Shown one piece after another: positions 41,501 through 50,386 of a stretch of 64,000 nucleotides of DNA. The stretch is from Minisyncoccota bacterium. GTDB lineage: Bacteria > Patescibacteriota > Minisyncoccia > Phycocordibacterales > JBAZVT01. The stretch is taken from assembly GCA_041660745.1 (NCBI GenBank), contig JBAZVT010000003.1, positions 1,880 to 65,879 of the forward strand, given 5' to 3'. Below the pieces are notes generated by a model. That model searched no databases and had not been told where the DNA came from. It worked only from the letters and a program-made list of their open reading frames with translations. The position numbers and the translations under genes are program-made. Position 1 is the stretch's first letter. Every line of letters begins with the position of its first letter.

Positions 41501-41533
41501 AAACAAAAATCACTTTCTTTTTGAAGAAAGCGA
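41501..41533 (-). terminator. rho-independent terminator of the 41568-42251 membrane-protein gene
   Basis: Minus strand: ctttctt-caaa-aagaaag followed by tgatttttgttt. Confidence 0.65.
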
Positions 41534-41567
41534 TTTTTGCACGGTATATGTAGAGAATTACTACGTA

Positions 41568-42251
41568 TTATCTATTTGAAATCTCCTCGCGAGTTTTTTC
41601 AATAAAACGCGCTGCGGCCTGTTGGCCACCAAGACCAAAGGAGAGACCAAAGGCGAGAGCAACAGCAACCACAACACCAGTGAAGAGTGTCTGGATAAGT
41701 GAAGTTGCAATACCAAGTTGAACGAGAGCCATAAGAATCGCAAAGATCCAAATTGTCCAACGAGAAACCGTACCGATAAATCTTGCAGACTTTACACCAG
41801 CAGCTGTTGCTGAACCGGTAATCAATCTACTAACAATATCAGCAAAGACTGCACCGGCCACAAGGATGATTGCAGCAATTATTACCTGTGGCAAAAAGCC
41901 GACAACAAGCTGAGTCAGGATTCCTTTTACTTGCGAGAGACCAAGCACATCCACAGCAGCAATAAGGAAAGCGATTATGATAAACCACTTTACTACCCCA
42001 CCAATAAATGCACTTGAGTTCAATCTGAACCCGCCACGTGCAAGAACTTTTTCTAAGTTTGCTCTGCGAAGAACATCATCAAGCTTAATAACTGCGACAA
42101 GGCGAGCGATTGCTGAACCCACAAAAATCGCAACTACCCAGCCAATAAGAATAATAAGAATCGCTACGACAACTACTGGGACAAATCCTGCAACTCCAAA
42201 CCAGAGATTTTGGAATGAACCGAGTAAAACTTCTTTCCACGTTATTAACAT
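41568..42251 (-). CDS. integral membrane protein with internal repeat of a conserved TM-helix motif (MscS-associated TM_helix-like?)
   Basis: Two similar hydrophobic segments (FGVAGFVPVVVVAILIILIGWVVAIF and GGVVKWFIIIAFLIAAVDVLGL...); function not assignable. Confidence 0.4.
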   Translation of the reverse strand: MLITWKEVLLGSFQNLWFGVAGFVPVVVVAILIILIGWVVAIFVGSAIARLVAVIKLDDVLRRANLEKVLARGGFRLNSSAFIGGVVKWFIIIAFLIAAVDVLGLSQVKGILTQLVVGFLPQVIIAAIILVAGAVFADIVSRLITGSATAAGVKSARFIGTVSRWTIWIFAILMALVQLGIATSLIQTLFTGVVVAVALAFGLSFGLGGQQAAARFIEKTREEISNR

Positions 42252-42362
42252 TGTTCGTGATTAATTATTACTAGTAATGAACCCCTTTATTATAGCATTT
42301 ATGAAGATGGTGGGTAGTCCTTTCACCATGCTCCCACAAGGTGAAAGCCTCGTGAAGTAGCT

Positions 42363-42409
42363 GGGAATAAAAATAGGGCGTTCTCAAAGAACGCCCTATT
42401 TTTATTCCC
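42363..42409 (-). terminator. 21-bp perfect-stem terminator downstream of the 42435-43064 gene
   Basis: gggaataaaaatagggcgttc-tcaaa-gaacgccctatttttattccc. Confidence 0.75.
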
Positions 42410-42434
42410 ACCTTCTACCTCCATTCTTCTTAAT

Positions 42435-43064
42435 TTATATAATGTTCAATTTATTGAAAACTTTCTCGTGTGGGTAATCAAGAATATCTCTCACAAGCTT
42501 GTCACAGACACCAAGACGGTACAGAAAATCGTCTGTCTCAAAAACAGAATATACAAGCTCCTTCCCCACTTCAGATTCCAATCCTTTCACCGCATTATCA
42601 AGAGCTGTTTTTTTAATGTTGTCGCCAACAATAAGAAGATCAACACGAGCATCCCAGTACTGATTGAACACTCCCGATGTTACTACCATTTTTATTTTTC
42701 CTGCCTTCATGAATCGCTCTGCGAGATCCCCTTTTGTAACTGGCATCATACTAATAAGAAATGTCTGAAGCGGTAAGAGATACTGACATTTATCATTAAG
42801 CTTCCAACCATGAAATTTCTTTGAAACAAAAACTTTCTTTTTTCCCTTTTTTACCTCGACAGATTTATGCACATCGCGCTTTATAAGCATACCGATACTT
42901 TCTAGGAGAGCGATTTCTTTCCGTGTTTCAGCTTTGCCAGTTTTAGAACGAGCCATGACATCATCGAGATCAAAAACCATCTTCTGATTAAACAAGAAGA
43001 GACGCATGATTTTTACTTTTGCGGCGCTTCCAAACAATTTCTGTAATGTGTCCATAGTATTCAT
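42435..43064 (-). CDS. hypothetical protein, N-terminal winged-helix-like segment + unknown C-terminal domain
   Basis: AAKVKIMRLFLFNQKMVFDLDDVMARSKTGKAETRKEIALLESIGMLIKR resembles an ArsR/MarR-type wHTH; the rest has no recognisable similarity. Confidence 0.4.
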   Translation of the reverse strand: MNTMDTLQKLFGSAAKVKIMRLFLFNQKMVFDLDDVMARSKTGKAETRKEIALLESIGMLIKRDVHKSVEVKKGKKKVFVSKKFHGWKLNDKCQYLLPLQTFLISMMPVTKGDLAERFMKAGKIKMVVTSGVFNQYWDARVDLLIVGDNIKKTALDNAVKGLESEVGKELVYSVFETDDFLYRLGVCDKLVRDILDYPHEKVFNKLNII

Positions 43065-43115
43065 AATGGGTAATAGTATACCACACTCTTTTACAGTTTT
43101 TTAGTACCAATATTT

Positions 43116-43180
43116 CTGTCATTGCGAGCGACTTCAGCAGCTGGTACCCGAGAGCGGTATACTCGCGTGGCAATCCAGTC
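43116..43180 (-). repeat. repeat family B copy 1 (unit ...CTGGATTGC...CTCGCAATGACAG, inverted)
   Basis: ctgtcattgcgag...caatccagtc is the reverse complement of the CTGGATTGC-(variable stem-loop)-CTCGCAATGACAG unit seen at 53815, 54360, 55771 and 61593. Confidence 0.7.
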
Positions 43181-43312
43181 TAATACCCACACCCCCAGTC
43201 GCATGCGAGGATGTACACAAAAAGCGGTATAGAAAAATTTTTAAACCAATTTCTTTTTCTAACAAAATTCGAGCTTTTGTACGCATGCAACGGGGTTCCG
43301 TTGAAATAAAAT

Positions 43313-43338
43313 AAAAACCCGCCTTTCGGCGGGTTTTT
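43313..43338 (-). terminator. rho-independent terminator of rplL
   Basis: aaaaacccgcc-tttc-ggcgggttttt overlapping the stop-codon region; T-run on the minus strand. Confidence 0.85.
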
Positions 43339-43341
43339 ATT

Positions 43342-43737
43342 TTATTTCAACTCCACTTTTGCACCTGCATCCTCAAGAGCTTTCTTGAGAGCCTCTGCAT
43401 CTTCTTTCTTCATACCTTCCTTGAGCATCTTTGGAGCTGCATCAACGAGGTCTTTTGCTTCCTTGAGACCAAGAGCAAGAGCTTCTTTTACAACCTTAAT
43501 AACTGCAATCTTCTGAGCACCTGCATCTGCGAGGTTAACACTGAAAATTGTTTTCTCTTCTGCCGCACCCGCTGCTGCTGGAGCTGCGACTGCTGTTGCT
43601 GCTGCAGAAACACCAAACTTAACTTCAAAGAATTTTACAAGCTCGTTGAGATCAAGTACTGACATGTTCTCAATTGCTGTTACGATATCCTTGAATTTTG
43701 CTGGAGTCTCAACAACTGTATTCTGTGCGTTGTCCAT
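43342..43737 (-). CDS. rplL: 50S ribosomal protein L7/L12
   Basis: Ala-rich hinge [15 protein letters not shown]-terminal [23 protein letters not shown]...AGAKVELK. Confidence 0.96.
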   Translation of the reverse strand: MDNAQNTVVETPAKFKDIVTAIENMSVLDLNELVKFFEVKFGVSAAATAVAAPAAAGAAEEKTIFSVNLADAGAQKIAVIKVVKEALALGLKEAKDLVDAAPKMLKEGMKKEDAEALKKALEDAGAKVELK

Positions 43738-43807
43738 AATAATTCGTAATAATTAATAAATATTAAGCCTGCTTTTTCCTAAACCCTTCGGGTCGGACGA
43801 ACCTCAT

Positions 43808-44299
43808 TTATGAGGTTTTAGTCTTTGCGATAGCATCGAGAGCGATAACAAGTCCCTGTATTGGAGAATTGATAACGTTGACGAACATACCATAAAGAGT
43901 TTTCTGAGAAGGAATGAGGGCGATAGCCATCATCTCTTCTTTGTTCATAAACTTACCTTCGAAGACACCTCCGAGGATTTGAATTTTCTTGTCGAGCTTC
44001 TTCTGGAAGTCATAGACTTCGCGAGCTGCATCGGTAAGATCTTTACTGAATGCCATTCCAAGTTCGCCTGGGAGTTCTGGCAACGTACCAGTGACACCAC
44101 CATCAACAAGAGCTTTCTTAGTGATAGTTTTCTTAGCAATCTTGTACCCTATTCCCAAGCCCTTGAGAGTCTTGCGAATAATAGTAGCGTCAGCAACTGT
44201 CAATCCATGGAAGTTGAAGAGAACGATAGAACCAGAGGTTTTTACCGCATCACTTACTTCTGCATAAATTTCCTTTTTCTTTTCTTTTGAGATAGCCAT
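43808..44299 (-). CDS. rplJ: 50S ribosomal protein L10
   Basis: MAISKEKKKEIYAEVSDAVK...; directly upstream of rplL. Confidence 0.95.
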   Translation of the reverse strand: MAISKEKKKEIYAEVSDAVKTSGSIVLFNFHGLTVADATIIRKTLKGLGIGYKIAKKTITKKALVDGGVTGTLPELPGELGMAFSKDLTDAAREVYDFQKKLDKKIQILGGVFEGKFMNKEEMMAIALIPSQKTLYGMFVNVINSPIQGLVIALDAIAKTKTS

Positions 44300-44660
44300 T
44301 TGGAATTTTTTACGAACGTAGTGAGTTTAAAATTCCCACCCTGTTAAATCCCCTGAGTACAGGGAATCATAGAAATCTGATTTCTATGACATTTAACAGG
44401 GTTGTGAAAATATATTCGCTAGGCTCGTTATTTTCTACAAAATAAATCGACCCGTAAGGGCCTGATAAAAGTGAGATCTCACATATCAATAGATATGTGA
44501 GTAAACCTCGATAGGCTATTCCAGCAAAGCTGGACGCCCGTCCACCGAAGGTGGATTAGGGACCTGTATTAAAGCGGTTTTCCGCTGCCTATTGTCTTTG
44601 GCCTTACGAGGTACATATTTACATAAAATAGTTCACTTGTAAAGCAAGTACCCGCAGAAC
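44300..44660 (-). promoter_or_regulatory. rplJ (L10) 5' leader, likely autoregulatory L10-leader structure
   Basis: About 360-nt structured non-coding region upstream of rplJ with multiple hairpins; position is canonical for the L10(L12)4-binding leader. Includes the family E palindrome at 44337-44403. Confidence 0.45.
44337..44403. repeat. repeat family E copy 1 (CACCCTGTTAAATCC ... ATTTAACAGGGTT with variable hairpin core)
   Basis: Same 11-bp terminal inverted repeat ccctgttaaat/atttaacaggg as at 60946-61002; inner sequence differs but is itself a hairpin. Confidence 0.7.
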
Positions 44661-44707
44661 AATCTTTTTAAAAAATATATAATTTTCTACTAAAACCCTC
44701 CATTATA

Positions 44708-44741
44708 AAAAGGGTGCGGTCCGCAGCGGACCGCACCCTTT
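44708..44741. terminator. GC-rich terminator hairpin bounding GC-island 3 (bidirectional)
   Basis: aaagggtgcggtccgc-agc-ggaccgcaccctt followed by TGTTTT (+) and preceded by TTTTTATAATG (-). Confidence 0.75.
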
Positions 44742-44770
44742 GTTTTCCAACCGAGCGACACAGGTGGTCG

Positions 44771-45031
44771 CTACTCTTCTTGACCGTTTTCAGGGCAGTC
44801 CGGTTCCAACTCACAAGAGAAGTAGTACCCGAGACAGACTCCAAAGAGAATGAAACCAATCGGTCCCCCAACAACAGTAAGAGCCCTGCCCCAGAAGTCC
44901 GATTCCCTTGGCTCAAGATGACTCCGGAAAAGTCCGAAATCCTGCCAAAGAAATATCAAAACGCTCCAGACAGAACAGCAGGCCCAAAGACATGGAAGCC
45001 ACTGATAAGGATTGTGAAAAAAGGCACTCAT
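44771..45031 (-). CDS. small two-TM membrane protein (86 aa) on GC-rich island, canonical SD
   Basis: MSAFFHNPYQWLPCLWACCSVWSVLIFLWQDFGLF...ALTVVGGPIGFILFGVCLGYYFS; AGGAG 9 nt upstream of the ATG at 45031; the ORF-track entry 44771..45271 is an upstream over-extension. Confidence 0.5.
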   Translation of the reverse strand: MSAFFHNPYQWLPCLWACCSVWSVLIFLWQDFGLFRSHLEPRESDFWGRALTVVGGPIGFILFGVCLGYYFSCELEPDCPENGQEE

Positions 45032-45077
45032 ACAGCATCTCCTTTCCCGAAAGTTCCTACACAGAAGGCAAGTACGA

Positions 45078-45365
45078 TTACTCCTGCATTGGTTTGTGCA
45101 GTATTCTTTCACGCCTCGCAAGCGCCCCCGCAAAATCGTGAGCACATATTGAGATGGGTCCGAAGAGGACCCTGAATATGTACAGACGCCACGATGCCCA
45201 CGAGAATTTCCCCCGAGAAAGATCTGGGAAGAAAACGAACGCAGCGCCGATTGAGTAGCGCAGCCACGCAAGAACCGCGAGGCCTACAACAACAGCAACG
45301 ATCCCGACGGGTACAACCAGACATTCCCACATAAGAATCTCCTTCCAAAAAATAAACATCCACAT
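45078..45365 (-). CDS. small membrane protein (95 aa) on GC-rich island, SD-bearing
   Basis: MWMFIFWKEILMWECLVVPVGIVAVVVGLAVLAWLRYSIGAAFVFF...; GGATGAGGAAAG upstream of the ATG at 45365; the track entry 45078..45458 starts at TTG. Confidence 0.45.
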   Translation of the reverse strand: MWMFIFWKEILMWECLVVPVGIVAVVVGLAVLAWLRYSIGAAFVFFPDLSRGKFSWASWRLYIFRVLFGPISICAHDFAGALARRERILHKPMQE

Positions 45366-45407
45366 TCTTTCCTCATCCTTTATACCACACCTCATATCTA
45401 ATATCAA

Positions 45408-45439
45408 AAAGACCCGGGCATGTGTATGCCCGGGTCTTT
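45408..45439 (-). terminator. terminator hairpin inside GC-island 3
   Basis: aaagacccgggcat-gtgt-atgcccgggtcttt; T-run on the minus strand. Confidence 0.7.
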
Positions 45440-45464
45440 GTCCTAATGATTTGGACAAACTACT

Positions 45465-45704
45465 TCACCCCTGAAACATGTTCGCAAGAGCAATGCGCTG
45501 ACCGACACCGACGTATGGCTTCTGTTCAGAAGCAGGGAAACAACCTGCTAGCGGTGTTCCATACCCCTCGGGACCCCACAACGAACCAGGCTTGTGATAC
45601 CCACGTCCACACGATGCGACAGCCGCCAAGTCGCAAGGAGGCAGGCCACTCACATCTGCCCACGTCAGATCGCTCACCTCAGCAGTAACGTAACCGCCAC
45701 GCAT
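45465..45704 (-). CDS. hypothetical 79-aa protein on GC-rich island, GGAGG SD 5 nt upstream
   Basis: MRGGYVTAEVSDLTWADVSGLPPCDLAAVASCGRGYHKPGSLWGPEGYG...; no similarity recognised. Confidence 0.4.
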   Translation of the reverse strand: MRGGYVTAEVSDLTWADVSGLPPCDLAAVASCGRGYHKPGSLWGPEGYGTPLAGCFPASEQKPYVGVGQRIALANMFQG

Positions 45705-45783
45705 AGTGCCTCCATAGGTAAAAGAAAAGTTTATTCCGCGAACGCTCTATCACCAGAGTACCATATTGGAAGCATCGTGGGTA

Positions 45784-48700
45784 TTATTCTTCTTTTACCT
45801 CGTGTCCACCTTCAACAAAAATAATTTCCGGCACAACAACTTCTTCCGTTTGTAATTCTAATACCTCTAAAGGTTTATTTAGGGCATCATTTTTTTCCTC
45901 AACAACACCCTCCCCGCTTTCTAAATTATCGGGTTCTTTGTATTCATCGGCAATAGGTGTGGGAGTCTCTCCTTCTGTTTTTTCTTCAGAACTCACAGGG
46001 ACCTCCTCTTCCGTTTTTTCTAAAGTAGTGCTTGCTATTGATGCAGATTCCGTTTCTTCTAACATGGCCATTTGCATAGCACCGAAGACACCATCTTCGT
46101 GTATTTCAATAGCCTCAGAAAGAAGTGCAACAGTCACTGGATCTTCTGCATATGCGAGCTTAGGATTTCCTGACGGCACAGCATCAAACCATGGTGAAAA
46201 ATCGACAAGACCAAAGACTGAATCCCCCACTGCAAGATTATTTTTTATCTCTTCAAATGGCCCCGTCGCGTCACCCCACCAATTTTCTTGTGCGAGGATA
46301 GTATTTTCACCCGTAGAAAGAATGCCGTTTGAACGATTTCCAAATATTTGACTGCGAGCAACCGAAGCACTGTCCCCAAAGAAAAGAATCCCATATTCAT
46401 TACGGGCAAGTGTACTTGAAGCAATCACAACTTTCCCATCATCAAATATCCCAACACCCTCAGCTTCATTATCTGAAATATTTGAATTTGTAATCGTCAT
46501 TAAACCCGATGCCAAACTATTTCCAAATATTTCTACACCTGCACCACAATAAGAAATATCTGCATCAGAAATTTCTGCGGAAGAATTGTCGTATACATAC
46601 ACCCCTACCCCGTCCACACGGGAAATATTTGGACGTGTGACTTGGGCGGTGCTATTGGCATATATAGACAAAGCATCTCCAGAAATATTTGAAAGAGCGA
46701 GGTCAGAAAAAATCCCATGAGAATCCATGTACAGATTAATTCCGCCCGTAGTATTTTCAGCGCGCACGTCAGAAAGAGTGACCTCGGCCCCGTCGTATGC
46801 ATTCACAATGGAATCACCGCCAGAAATACTAGTATCCTGTATCGCAAGCGTACACTGTCTACAGGTGACGGTATCAGTATATGGAGAGCCTGTGATTGTG
46901 CTGTTTGAAATAACCACTGAAGAACTTGCCTGTGCACTTATTCCATCCTCAAGTTTTTTTATTTTTGTATATCCAAATACATTTCCTACAGACCCTGAAT
47001 AAAACTCCGTTGCACCAGTGCCATATTCAGAGAGTTCCCCATTATCAGAAGACCTCAAATCTCCCCCGACAGAATCATCTGTAAATTCAGTAAAAATAAC
47101 TGGATTGTCTGATGTGCCAAGCGACTTGATAGTACCCTCCACAGAAAGTCCTGTTGCATAACTCCCCCAACTTCCATTATCGTAAAATTTTACAATCGTC
47201 CCAGGCAAGAGTGTCAGCGTTGTTCCTGAAGCGACGTGTATATTACCTTCAAACACATACGGACTTTCTTCTGGAGTGAGTATCATATCTTCTGTAAAAG
47301 TTTCCCCTCTATACCACACAGTCGAAACACTGTTACGTGACTTTGGCGTGCCTAGGATATATCCATCTTTTGAATCTTTTCCATTTGCAATTTCTCCGGT
47401 GTTCGCATTCCAGTTTTCATAATCAAATCCCCCAACATACGGCGAGACCCGTTCCATGGTTCTTTTGTCACCAGTATCATTACTCCCCCCTGGCCAACTT
47501 CCTTCAACCAACACTGTCGTGTCTATGGTTGTAGATCCGTAATTTAGATTCAATATAACACCACTATTGTTGAGAGCTCCGACATATACAAGGTCTGCTT
47601 GGATATCTGAAACAGAAGTATTGTCTGTTCTCTCCAAGAGAAAGTAGCCATGGGCAGGAATTGTTTTTGATAATGAAATACGCGGTGTTCCAGTAGCTTT
47701 ACTATTAACAAGAGCCCAGCCCGAAAGATCTATATCATACGGAGTCGTGTTATACAGCTCCAACCATTCATCATTAGCATCAGCCTCTGTGCCCATCCAA
47801 GCAACTTCATTAATAACTACAGGCATCGTCGCAACAGACACACTCACTGCAACAGGCTCAGAATCACCACCTGCATTGTGTGCTGAGACAGTAAATTGTA
47901 AGTCACTTCTATCATCAACAACCACGCTGAGCCCAGAGTATGTGGTTGTAGAAACAAGACCGTTTAAATTAAATGTAAAATATTCAGCAATACCAAGAGA
48001 TTCATCTGCTTGCCAGGTCAACGTCAGGGTTGTTGTTGCAACTAGACAGCCAGTCGAGACGAGAGACTGCGAACACTCAGCGACTGAAAAATTTGTAACT
48101 CCAGGAAGCTCAGGAAGAAACGGTGACGGGATTACAGGAACCTCCGGTTCTCCGGGAGATGCTGTGTGGCGGGATCTATTTGACCCAGAATAAATAACCT
48201 GTGTTGGGTTATAAAAAGGCGCAAACACCCCAGTTGGGAAATTTGCGTCAGCTACTTTTGATTGATCTATAAAGCTCGGTGTAGAATTAAGTTCCAATCC
48301 CTCACCCTCATCAAGGACTGTGGTGATACTATTAGTAGTCTTTGACTGTAAAAAAGTAATTGATTTTATTGCAGACTGTGCAAAAGTCTGAGCACTTTCA
48401 CCTGTCTTTTTCGCAACAACCGTTGCTGTTGTCTTTCCGGTATATCCAAGAACGGAAGCGATATTCCCACCCGTTTGCACTGTCCACAACGTTCCATAAT
48501 TAGCACCCCTCCAGGCGCTTGTCGCAACTTTTGCCACAGGTGCACCTATGTAATCTGAGAAAAGATACGCAAAGCCAATTGGTATAAGTTGAAAAATATT
48601 TTTCTTCGCAAGACCCTCAGCAAGCTCTTTATCCTTCAGCGCCTCTTCTACTTGCTCCTGCTTTTGCTCTGCAAGATATTCCTCGCGCGCCGCTTTCGCC

Positions 48701-49575
48701 TCTTTCAAAAACAGCTCTATCACTCCCGCCGACGCCAGCACAGCTTGTTTTGAAAGACGATCAAAGTAGGAAGAGAGGACGGAGTCAGAAAAATAATATG
48801 TCCTTACACCATCCAAACTTATTTTTGTATTTAAAATTTCATATTTTTGGTTATCCAAACCGTCAACACCATAAATAACTGACCCGTCAGAATTTTCAAT
48901 TTCTGGATTTTCAAAATAATTTTCTGAATTATCTATTGTATCTGCACTAAAAAAATTCTTATTTGAGTAGTCTGCAAGATATTCAAAATATTCTGAGATG
49001 TCTGAAAAAGTTATTGGTTCATATCTCCGGTCAACATATTCCTTTGCAGTGCCCGTAAGCGCACTACCATCTTTCCTGCGAGCCCAATTCTCATAAGGAC
49101 TATCTCCTGTATATAACCCGGAAGCACCGTCTCCTTTATGTGGATCATTTCTTGTATGTTCAGGAACAGTCATATCCTGAATAAGATGCAGTACATGACC
49201 TAGCGACAAGAACGCTTTATTATCATTCCCCTCAGCATAATATTGGATCGCTTTTGGCCAAGAAAATTCATTAGCAACAAGCACCCCATCCGTACCCCAA
49301 TCTTTTGCTGAGCGATAGTTATTAAAACCGATTTCTCCTCTCGGATCATAAAAATGATTGAGGGCTCGAATCCCAGCATCCTCATCGACTGATCCCTGAA
49401 TAATTAAACGTTTTTCTGAATCATGTATTTTATCCGTTATGGACTGTAAATTATAAAACTCTATCCCCTGCTCGGTTATGCCAGGGTGAGTTGTTCCAGA
49501 ATGGTATGCACTCACAAAAAATATAGCCCCAAGAAATAAAGGCCCAAAAAACATTCTAAAAAATATCTTTTTCAT
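45784..49575 (-). CDS. 1263-aa secreted multidomain protein: zinc-dependent phospholipase C-like domain + Ig/Fn3-like + lamin-tail domain (LTD) + right-handed beta-helix repeats
   Basis: Signal peptide. N-terminus ALNHFYDPRGEIG...FLSLGHVLHLIQDMTVPEH resembles the Zn-PLC/alpha-toxin H-F-W/Y-D-P and H-x(2)-GD-x(2)-P-x-H motifs. VVINEVAWMGTEADANDEWLELYNTTPYDIDLSGWALV is a lamin-tail-domain signature. Repetitive NISGD/SNISDN pectate-lyase-like beta-helix repeats. Acidic C-terminal tail. Confidence 0.7.
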   Translation of the reverse strand: MKKIFFRMFFGPLFLGAIFFVSAYHSGTTHPGITEQGIEFYNLQSITDKIHDSEKRLIIQGSVDEDAGIRALNHFYDPRGEIGFNNYRSAKDWGTDGVLVANEFSWPKAIQYYAEGNDNKAFLSLGHVLHLIQDMTVPEHTRNDPHKGDGASGLYTGDSPYENWARRKDGSALTGTAKEYVDRRYEPITFSDISEYFEYLADYSNKNFFSADTIDNSENYFENPEIENSDGSVIYGVDGLDNQKYEILNTKISLDGVRTYYFSDSVLSSYFDRLSKQAVLASAGVIELFLKEAKAAREEYLAEQKQEQVEEALKDKELAEGLAKKNIFQLIPIGFAYLFSDYIGAPVAKVATSAWRGANYGTLWTVQTGGNIASVLGYTGKTTATVVAKKTGESAQTFAQSAIKSITFLQSKTTNSITTVLDEGEGLELNSTPSFIDQSKVADANFPTGVFAPFYNPTQVIYSGSNRSRHTASPGEPEVPVIPSPFLPELPGVTNFSVAECSQSLVSTGCLVATTTLTLTWQADESLGIAEYFTFNLNGLVSTTTYSGLSVVVDDRSDLQFTVSAHNAGGDSEPVAVSVSVATMPVVINEVAWMGTEADANDEWLELYNTTPYDIDLSGWALVNSKATGTPRISLSKTIPAHGYFLLERTDNTSVSDIQADLVYVGALNNSGVILNLNYGSTTIDTTVLVEGSWPGGSNDTGDKRTMERVSPYVGGFDYENWNANTGEIANGKDSKDGYILGTPKSRNSVSTVWYRGETFTEDMILTPEESPYVFEGNIHVASGTTLTLLPGTIVKFYDNGSWGSYATGLSVEGTIKSLGTSDNPVIFTEFTDDSVGGDLRSSDNGELSEYGTGATEFYSGSVGNVFGYTKIKKLEDGISAQASSSVVISNSTITGSPYTDTVTCRQCTLAIQDTSISGGDSIVNAYDGAEVTLSDVRAENTTGGINLYMDSHGIFSDLALSNISGDALSIYANSTAQVTRPNISRVDGVGVYVYDNSSAEISDADISYCGAGVEIFGNSLASGLMTITNSNISDNEAEGVGIFDDGKVVIASSTLARNEYGILFFGDSASVARSQIFGNRSNGILSTGENTILAQENWWGDATGPFEEIKNNLAVGDSVFGLVDFSPWFDAVPSGNPKLAYAEDPVTVALLSEAIEIHEDGVFGAMQMAMLEETESASIASTTLEKTEEEVPVSSEEKTEGETPTPIADEYKEPDNLESGEGVVEEKNDALNKPLEVLELQTEEVVVPEIIFVEGGHEVKEE

Positions 49576-49576
49576 G

Positions 49577-50185
49577 TTAGTTTTCTATTTTCCAAATATT
49601 TTTATAAGGATTTAACACGAATCCCACAGACCAATTTTCCTTACTACCTGCAGGAGTTGTAAAAGAGTATTCCCTCCCAGCTATTACACTAGAAGAAGTA
49701 GCTGCTTCTGTTGTCACATGAACGCTAGTAAAAAAGCACACTTCCTTGATGATGCCGGGGCCATTAGAACCTATATATTTTTCACACTTCTTAAATCCAG
49801 AATCTCTGACAACAGTAAGATAATTAAACATGAAACTCTTTTTTTCTTCTGACTCAAAGACACTCCTCAGACTCTCCTTTTGTTTTTCTTGCATTTCGAC
49901 AACATAATATTTGCTTGCCTCTTCAAGATTATTCTTCTTAAGAGCTGCAATAAACATATCCAACGTCCCCTCAGGCGTAGTACTCCCCATTGTGTCTTTC
50001 TTGTATGCCTCCTCCAGTTTCTGTCTTGGCTCTACAACCAATCTATTATAAATCGCTTCCTGACGTTGGTTCTCCATCCACAACGTAATCTTCTCACCGT
50101 ACACACCTAGAAAATAAAAAAGAATAAAAAGAGCAACAATAACAACCCCGCCAACAATGAGAGATTTTTTCAAAAAAGGAGACAT
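49577..50185 (-). CDS. hypothetical membrane-anchored protein, start adjacent to the stop of the 1263-aa gene (likely co-operonic)
   Basis: N-terminal TM (LIVGGVVIVALFILFYFLGV); no recognisable domain. Confidence 0.5.
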   Translation of the reverse strand: MSPFLKKSLIVGGVVIVALFILFYFLGVYGEKITLWMENQRQEAIYNRLVVEPRQKLEEAYKKDTMGSTTPEGTLDMFIAALKKNNLEEASKYYVVEMQEKQKESLRSVFESEEKKSFMFNYLTVVRDSGFKKCEKYIGSNGPGIIKEVCFFTSVHVTTEAATSSSVIAGREYSFTTPAGSKENWSVGFVLNPYKNIWKIEN

Positions 50186-50342
50186 TTTACGTAATATTTA
50201 ATTTAGAAATAATAATTACCAAAAACTTTTTTATTGACACACCCCACAAACCATTTTCTATATTGTATCACCCGCCCCACCAAAAATCTTCATTCCCTTT
50301 TAATAAAAACTGTGGATAACTTTTTCTTCCTTAGGACTCTTC

Positions 50343-50382
50343 CATAGGACCGCCCTATGTTTTCACATAGGGCGGTCCTATG
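50343..50382. repeat. REP-like hairpin D1 flanking the RAYT gene (CATAGGACCGCCCTATG-ttttca-CATAGGGCGGTCCTATG)
   Basis: 17-bp perfect stem; ends 4 nt from the RAYT stop codon; identical stem to D2 at 51105-51144. Confidence 0.85.
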
Positions 50383-50386
50383 GAAA

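Noticed and set aside
40896-41560. tRNA or 16S rRNA upstream of 23S
   Set aside because: No T-arm (GGTTCGAATCC-like) or 16S signatures by eye; region is AT-rich with promoter-like and inverted-repeat elements only. A tRNAscan run could still reveal a divergent tRNA.
44771-45458. Long ORF-track calls 44771..45271 and 45078..45458 as real full-length proteins
   Set aside because: Their N-terminal halves are Arg/Cys-rich junk and/or start at TTG; internal ATGs preceded by SD give shorter, sensible membrane proteins.
44700-45780. GC-rich islands as structured RNA genes (RNase P RNA, tmRNA, SRP RNA)
   Set aside because: No P4 GGAAAGUCCGG-type, tmRNA tRNA-like end (GGUUCGAxUCC...CCA) or SRP domain IV motifs seen; instead each island has ORFs with well-spaced canonical SD sites and terminators. 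A covariance-model scan would be definitive.
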